Origin: Octopus bimaculoides
Lineage: Eukaryota
DNA length: 64,000 nucleotides
NCBI RefSeq assembly: GCF_001194135.2
Contig: NC_068982.1
Coordinates: 184,133,510-184,197,509, forward strand
Direction: 5' to 3'
The position numbers were made by a program, and so were the translations under genes. The notes below the pieces were generated by a model. The model made no database searches, had not been told where the DNA came from, and saw only the letters and a program-made list of their open reading frames with translations. Below are positions 55,816 to 64,000 of the stretch, in pieces. Within the stretch, counting starts at the first letter, position 1; the number at the start of each line of letters is the position of its first letter.

Positions 55816-56982
55816 GATTCCAAGACTACGCTCTTCAACTGAAAGGAACACAGAAAGAAATAAAGAGAGAAACAAGGAGAAAAAATATATAAATGTAGTG
55901 GTCAGCGATCTATCATGGCGTCAGCGATCTNNNNNNNNNNNNNNNNNNNNNNNNNNNNNNNNNNNNNNNNNNNNNNNNNNNNATATATGTAATGTCAAGA
56001 CATTCAATGTGGGGGACAAGAAAGGGGACAATGTAGGGGACAAAAAAGGCGGCGAGCTGGCAGAAACGTTAGCATGCTGGGCGAAATGCTTAGCGGTATT
56101 TCGTCTGTCGTTACGTTCTGAGTTCAAATTCCGCCGAGGTCGACTTTGCCTTTCATCCTTTCGGGATCGATAAATTAAGTACCAGTTATGCACTGGGGTC
56201 GATGTAATCGACTTAATCTCTTTGTCTGTCCTTGTTTGTCCCCTCTATGTTTAGCCCCTTGTGGGCAATAAAGAAATGTTTGTTGCGCACCCCGCTGTCG
56301 TTATTTGATTGCTGTTATTCTGTGCGTCTGTATGTAAAAATCAGTTGTGTTTTGCAGGGTTGCTTGATTTTTACCCTTAACTTAGGAAAATGGAGAGAGA
56401 CATATTAAAACTATATTTCTGTCATATTGTTAAATTATCAGTGCACATATGTGTGCATTACGTCTCTTACCTTCTTTTACGCATGTGTCTTATGCGAAAT
56501 CTGTGATGAGCCCGAGTGACGCTGATGACCCGGAGTTGCCTCTGATATGCATATAACATATATGTATGTGTGTATATATGCATTTATACATATAGAAAGA
56601 ATAAATCTCAATAGCGTGAAAACTGAATGCCCTTGAAGATGAGAAAGAAAAAGAGAAATAGCGGGAAAGAGATGGATGGATATACTGCAAGAGAAGTACC
56701 GAAAGCAAACAATTAGTAAGAATTTTGGACGTGATAAAAAAGAAAAGACTCTCACGGTATTTTGCCTTTTCCAATACTAAAAATGGAAAAGAAGACGAGC
56801 TTTTCTATATCAGTTCAAGAACTGGTATTAAATTGGTTACATAATCACCAAGAAACGTGATTTCAAAGATGTTCTAATCACTCGTTCATTCCATGCTACT
56901 TGGTGGCTGTCGAATCATTCCTTGTGTGGCAAAGGATCTTTCAGAGTTTCGGATAAACAATAACATCAAAATATCAAAGCTC

Positions 56983-57028
<46 letters not shown>

Positions 57029-58159
57029 NNNNNNNNNNNNNNNNNNNNNNNNNNNNNNNNNNNNNNNNNNNNNNNNNNNNNNNNNNNNNNNNNNNNNNNN
57101 NNNNNNNNNNNNNNNNNNNNNNNNNNNNNNNNNNNNNNNNNNNNNNNNNNNNNNNNNNNNNNNNNNNNNNNNNNNNNNNNNNNNNNNNNNNNNNNNNNNN
57201 NNNNNNNNNNNNNNNNNNNNNNNNNNNNNNNNNNNNNNNNNNNNNNNNNNNNNNNTATATATATATATATATATATGTAATGTCAAGACATTCAATGTGG
57301 GGGACAAGAAAGGGGACAATGTAGGGGACAAAAAAGGCGGCGAGCTGGCAGAAACGTTAGCATGCTGGGCGAAATGCTTAGCGGTATTTCGTCTGTCGTT
57401 ACGTTCTGAGTTCAAATTCCGCCGAGGTCGACTTTGCCTTTCATCCTTTCGGGATCGATAAATTAAGTACCAGTTATGCACTGGGGTCGATGTAATCGAC
57501 TTAATCTCTTTGTCTGTCCTTGTTTGTCCCCTCTATGTTTAGCCCCTTGTGGGCAATAAAGAAATAAGAAAGGTGAACTGTCGGATAAATTAAACGCAAC
57601 TGCTTCGAATGTAAACATTCCAGAAAATACTGAGGTACTTGAGGGAGGTGACACATTTTGCTTTCTTTTAAGTAAGAAGTTATGGCATTGTTTGACCGAA
57701 AGTAACGGGATTGGTTCATGAGAACAACCTTGAAATTAAGTCCTTCTTAGACTACATACTACGATAAGTACGGAATTTTTCGCTCAACTGGATACTTGCC
57801 AAGCGAAAAATTTTTTTACTAGCTAAAATGACTGATAGAGAAGATTTTAAAGGGTCTGAAAAAGGCACGATGAGCGAAAATAACAACTGAGATTCAATCT
57901 GCAACAGATGGGAAGGGTATAAATGCTTTTTGTCAGGATCTGCAAAAGGTTTATGAACCACAGGTCTGTAGTTCACCTCCTATATTGACTGCTGGTAGTC
58001 AATACTCTTCTTGAAAAATGAATTAATAAATAAAATAAAATAAATAAATGTAAAATTATATCTTACACAAAGTTTGGAATACTAAATCGTCCTCTGACGA
58101 GAATATTCTTTCATCAGTTTCGCAAGGTCAAAAACAGAGCAGCTTGCTAATAAATCTAA

Positions 58160-58430
58160 GCTGAATGAAGTTCACACCGCGATCAAGCAATTGAAGCTTG
58201 AGAAGTCCCCTGGTCAGGACGGCACACTCTCGAAACCAACAAATATGGTGGTAGGTAACTATGATGCAATATCTTGAGATGTGTTTTGCTAACGTGAAAC
58301 AAATGGCATACCTCACAGGATTATTCCATCAAACATCTATACAAAAACAAAGGCAACAGAGAAATTACTTTGTGTTAACCATCGTGGCATTTTCCATTTT
58401 TTACTGCAGGTAAAATTCTGGCTTACCTTA
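58160..58430 (+). mobile_element. RTE-clade LINE ORF2 fragment
   Basis: EVHTAIKQLKLEKSPGQDG; LYKNKGNRE...RGI...AGKILA, with frameshifts. Confidence 0.75.
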
Positions 58431-58712
58431 TCATTGTAGACTGATTATTCATCCTGCATCCCATTGTGACTTTATGTTGGACAGTATTCAATATTATTGA
58501 ATTTTCAATAATACATATAAGAGTAATATGTCTCTGATGATTTGACAGTAAATCTTGATTAATCTGCATTATGTAACCAACAAATACCTTATGTTAATGA
58601 AATGTATGTAAGATGGTGTAACAAAACATCCTGTAAGTAATCTGTTTTGCTTTGTTACACACACATACACACACACACACTCACACACACACACACACAC
58701 ACATACAACCGC

Positions 58713-58760
<48 letters not shown>

Positions 58761-59854
58761 CACATGTGTTTGATGTGTGCGTGCGGTCTCTGTCAGTCTT
58801 TACGTTTGTTTATGTCTCGATAAAATATATACCAGACTTAAAATGAACTTCTGGGGTCGCAATGATTAAATAATCTTTTGAAGGCAATGCCTCAGCATGA
58901 TTGCGGTCTAATGACTAAAACTAGTAAATGAATATACATACACACCCACACACATACTTACACACACTCGGACACTCACACACTCACACGCGCATACACA
59001 CACATGTTACCATCTCTAATGCCACTGGATGCAAAGAGTCACAAGCCTTGCGCATTCTGTGCTTCTATTTCAGCCTCCGCCCAGTCATTGTTTCCTCTTT
59101 TTCTTTGCTTCCTTCTCCGCCAAGGAGGCCTAGGTCTTCCCCTTCTGCTACCTTGATCTGTCCATTTCACTGGTTGCTGTATTAGCCACCTTTCCAACCA
59201 CCACCAGGCACGTCACTCAAGCATCGACCTATCATTTTTTTCCATCTATATACTCTTTTACTCTTTTACTTGTTTCAGTCATTTGACTGCGGCCATGCTG
59301 GAGCACCGCCTTTATATTCGAGGACATTGACCCCAGAGCTTATTCTTTGTAAGCCTAGTACTTATTACATCGGCCTCTTTTGCCGAACCGCTAAGTTATG
59401 GGGACGTAAACACACCAGCATCGGTTGTCAAGCGATACTGGGGGGACAAACAGACACACAAACACACACATACATATATACATATACATATATACGACGG
59501 TATTCTTTCAGTTTCCGTCTACCAAATCCACTCACAAGGCTTTGTTCGGCCCGAGGCTATAGTAGAAGACACTTGCCCAAGGTGCCACGCAGTGGGACTG
59601 AACCCGGGACCATGTGGTTGGTAAGCAGGCTACTTACCACGCAGCGACTCCAACGCAATTTTTTTAAATTTTTAAATGTCTCGAACGACTTCATTTCTCC
59701 CAAAATCATGTCGTTTGCTCCCCACCATTTTTCGTAATACTTTACTTTCAAAGACTAAAACGATTAACTTTATTAGTTTGATTACCGTGCCATGATTTCT
59801 CTATATAAAACGATTCTTACTCGTGGTGTATGGCATTTAATTTTCCTATGAATT

Positions 59855-61750
59855 ACCGATCTATGTAATTACCATACATTTGAAAAACATTCTTGTTGCT
59901 TGCTTTACTTTCTTAAAACTTTCATTAAGTTCGGTCTGTAAAGAGCTTTCACTTATTATAAAAGTTCCAAGATATTTATTTGACTCTTCTGGTATATTCT
60001 GAAACAATGACGTATTTCTCCTGTCCTTTCGCTCTGTTTTATTGATATTTATCTTTAAATAACTCACACCTATGCCTATTTCATCAAGCTTGTTTATCGT
60101 TCTTTGTAAATTCGAGGTTTGATTACTAAGTAAAACAATATCACCAGAATCCACAAATCTATTTAAATTTTTTCCCTCTTTCATCTCTTTAATGACGTAG
60201 TTTATTAGAAAAGCAAAGAAGCGCCAAAGCATCTCTCCCCACGATTTCTCTCCCAACTTCAAATTTATTTGAGAGCTAACAATCTATGTATTAAATCTAT
60301 TATATTGATATACTTTTCCTACAGGCCATGCAAAAATAGTGCGTTTTAAGTTGTAGTAGATCTATATGTATTATCAAAGGTGTTTAAACGTCTATCGAAG
60401 ATTGTCTTAATTCAAATATAATATATCTGAGCAAAACTATCTGGTCACTCCAATCGTGCAATCACCAGAAGCTTGCTTATTCATAACTTAGTATACTTTC
60501 CAATACAATCTGCATCCTATTCATAACAACCAAACTGACTATCATACTATTTAAGTTTATGCCCTTTCAACTGCCCCACACTGTGGGACTTTTTCATCCT
60601 TTTCTTATTTGCTATCTTAATCACTGCACCGATCTGTTAATCTTCAGAAAGCAGCCAGGGTCATCCTAACAGCATTATAGACCCGGGAAAATCAATGAAC
60701 TGGATCCTATTGTATTTATTTATTTATAGCAATCCACAACATATATAGATTAAAACTGGGCCCTTAGACCCGTGAGGCCCTACCCCGGGAAACTTCCCAG
60801 TGTGCCCTTACCTTAACACGGCATTGGTAGCAGTTAAATATTCTATATTTGGAACAGCTTCTTGTAATGTTATTGCAGTAATGTATTAATCTGTTTCAGA
60901 ATTTATTCTGCAGTTCTATCTAATCTACGGATCTTTCCCTTTTTTAATTGCTCAGTGGCTTTTGCTATTTCAGATATTTCCTGTACAGATATTTCATGTA
61001 TAGTTACTTCGAGCTCCTCTTGTGGTTCAAGAATCATCAGAGAATTTCTCCCATTAAACGCTTTGACCATATCGTTATTTCCCTATATCCATCTTTCTTA
61101 GATGTTTATATCAGATGTTATAAGTTCCCCATCAATACTGAACACAAAAACTCTTATCGATCATTTTAATTTGCCAGTAATCTCATTTATTACTTTATAG
61201 ACTTTTCTCATTCCTTTACTGTCTCCGGCATTGAGTAATTTATCTGCTTCATCAGCTTTCACTTCCAAGAACCTTCTTTTATCTCTATCTGAACACCTTT
61301 TCACCTCTGTAGAGACTTCAATATTTAGTTATTTACACTTTAAAGTCCGTCTTATTCCCTCTCCAATTTTCAACAATTCGTTTTTGTCCCTTCTGTGGCT
61401 CAATAACTTCTCATGTTTCATCCGAAATCCATTTCCTTCTTTCTATCTTTTTCTCTCCTTTGACTACATCCTGGAATACTTCTTTTACATTCTTCCGAGC
61501 GTCATTGATGTCTTCTCTTCCTGTATAGCTTCGAGCACTTCAAATCGATTTCGATATTCAATAAACAAATTCATTTTTAATTCTATCATCTTTCCAACCT
61601 TTGTGTATCAAAGCGGGTAATCCATTCTTTTCTTTAGCCTTCAGCTTTAACTGAATTGTCCCGATTGCTAACTGATGGCTTCATCTCGATATATTGTAAA
61701 ATCTAGCAGAGATGTTTTCTGTTGCCGATTTATCAAAATATCAAATATAT
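59855..61750 (-). mobile_element. Degraded, interrupted RTE-type LINE (endonuclease-RT linker at about 61150-61700; RT C-terminal part at 59861-60262)
   Basis: RNRFEVLE, KWISDET, RDKRRFLEVKADEA...YKVINEITGK; GDIVLLS...LQ...LKININKT...KYLG. Confidence 0.72.
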
Positions 61751-61911
61751 TTAACTGCGATATTTCTTAGTTTGAGATGGCTAAGAATGTTTGTTTGAGT
61801 ATCGTTATGTTTAAAGAAAGTGCTACCCATGATGAGATTGCTGGTTGTGCAGAAGTTAATCAATCTTGCGAGATTTTCATTAGTATTTCAAAGCCCACAT
61901 ACAAACATACA

Positions 61912-61942
<31 letters not shown>

Positions 61943-62559
61943 GTGTGTGTGTTTTGTTTTCTATCAGACATTAATTGCAAGGAAGATAATGATTTTCGTA
62001 ATTTTTGATGTGATTGAAATTTGAATTTAAAATGGAGGAATAAAGAAAAAGATGTATAGAATATGCGTGTTTAATTTGTTTTTCTTTTTGTTTTTTACTT
62101 GATACGTAATTCTTAAAATTTTTAGTCAATGGCGATCATGTATCGCAATATTTCATTCCTTTTGGAAATCATCAGCATGATAAATATAACCTGAACTATA
62201 TTAATGAAAACTGTTATGAAGTGAAACATCTCTTATAGATGTATTCCAGGGAACACTCTCTCTCTCACACATACACACACACAAGACCATATCCCACAAT
62301 CCATTTGCAGTATCAATACTGATTTCAACATTTGGGATATTTCACTAATCTATAGAAGAAATCCACTCCATGGGCGTTAAAATCCGCAAGGTACTGACAT
62401 AAACTGGAAATATCCACAGAAATAGTGATATCGACAGGCTCCATCTAAGAAGAGATAAAGGAGATAGAGGCTCGAGATCAGCGCAGACAGCCTTCGAATG
62501 TCGTATAGTCTCTTTCAGACAGCACTTGCTAAACAACAGTAGCAAAATAAATACATTAA

Positions 62560-63460
62560 CTTTGTGCTGAAACGGGAGGAGAACAATATCTATGGTACCC
62601 GAAGATTTGAAGGAGACAGCAATATCGACATGAAGTGAAGCCTTGCATGGACTCGTCAGAGCTACAACACATCACACTTCGGAAGCTATGCATTTGCAAT
62701 CCAAGAACAGGAAATTGCTACGAAATACTTAATCAACAAAAGAAACAGTGAAGCTCTTGGAGTTCCAAGATGCAACCAAAAATATAGTTTGTCATATTTT
62801 CGTGAAAGACATCACATGTGATTAGCAGCTGCCCCAAAATGTCATCAAGGTACTACCTCCCTATGCAGCAGGACGTTGTTGCAGAGCAATATACAATGCC
62901 ATTTGGAAAAAAGACTGATCTGGAATAAATATAGAGAATCCCCCTGTTATTGAATACATACACAACCATGAAGACAAAGAATACAGTTGGAACATTCCCA
63001 CCAAAACATCAGTCAAGTGTTAAACATGACAGGCCGGGTCTTGTTGTTTGGGACAGACAAGAAGATGTATGTACGGTTAGAGAGGTCAGTTGTCCTGCTG
63101 ATGCGAATATCTCTGAAAATCAAAGATAAAGAGGTAAACTATGGACAACTTCTTCGAAACTTCCAGCTTCTATATCCAGTTTACAACTTTACATTTACGG
63201 CAATAATAATTGATGTACTTAATTTTGTGAGTAAATGTCTAAGTGACAATCAGGATAAGCTAGGGTTTTCAGAAAAAGAAATCAACCAACTCTGCAAATA
63301 CAATTTGTAAGTGGAACAGTAAAAAATATGGAAGGCTTTTCTCAACTTTGAAACGGAACATGATTTTCGTTATCAACATTCCAACGATGGAGCTTTGTGT
63401 CATTGTCAGACGCCAGCTCTTTCTTCAGAGGAAGAATTTAAATTGTCAAAAGCAGAAGAG
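62560..63460 (+). mobile_element. Second, diverged R4/Dong-like 3' fragment
   Basis: YAFAIQEQEIATKYLINKR, SSCPKMSSRYYLPM, QLLYPVYNF...DKLGFSEKE; paralogous to 55021-55815. Confidence 0.82.
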
Positions 63461-63500
63461 AACATACATACAAACATACATACGTTCATATATGAATATA

Positions 63501-63566
<66 letters not shown>

Positions 63567-63605
63567 ACATATATATGCATATACGTAACTACACACACAC
63601 ACACA

Positions 63606-63643
<38 letters not shown>

Positions 63644-64000
63644 TTACATGAATATTCAGTAATATGTGCATATGTTTCTACTATATATGTATGTGCATGT
63701 GCGATTAACTGTGTGTGTGTGTGTGTGTGTGTGTACGTCATACATTAACTTTCAAACCTGATCACCGATCTCTTAGAAGTAGCAATGTCAAGGTCCCTCA
63801 AATCACAGCCTAGCTTTGAATAAGGAAAAGTAGGTGTGGCTGTGTGGTAAGAAGCTTGCTTCCCAACCACATGCTTCCGGGTTCAGTCCTCCCACTGCGT
63901 GGCACCTTGAGCAAGTGTCTTCTACTATAGCTTCGAGCCGACCAAAGCCTTGTGAGTGGATTTGATAGACGGAAACTGAAAAGAACTGTCGTTTATATAT

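Noticed and set aside
55454-56173. 239-aa ORF as an intact gene
   Set aside because: It is an endonuclease fragment of a disrupted retrotransposon that reads on through a gap into a SINE.
55983-57565. Identical 295-bp blocks (55983-56277 = 57271-57565)
   Set aside because: Both directly follow N-gaps or (TA)n and are 100% identical, so misassembly is more likely than a real duplication. Long reads would decide.

Overview
Eukaryotic, repeat-rich genomic DNA with 8 assembly gaps. The microsatellite load and the SINE/LINE content suggest a coleoid cephalopod, probably Octopus (inference). I can reconstruct one protein-coding gene by eye: Integrator complex subunit 5 (INTS5) on the + strand, spanning 1095-44153. 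Twenty complete GT-AG exons (2761 coding nt) join with consistent phases. A 21st exon starts at 2953 and runs into an N-gap, and the start codon lies upstream of the window. Introns and the downstream intergenic region contain tRNA-head SINEs, 5'-truncated RTE-LINE 3' ends, CR1/RTE/R4-type LINE remnants, hAT/piggyBac/mariner MITEs and mini/microsatellites. Best second-look candidates: a near-canonical minimal hammerhead ribozyme antisense in an INTS5 intron (plus degenerate relatives), a 35-bp hairpin whose transition mismatches are all G-U on one strand, a SINE-derived 35-bp intronic foldback, and a SINE-in-SINE composite present twice. No prokaryotic-type system (CRISPR, operon) is present. 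Exon numbers count only exons visible in this window. Repeat coordinates are approximate unless target-site duplications (TSDs) are given.
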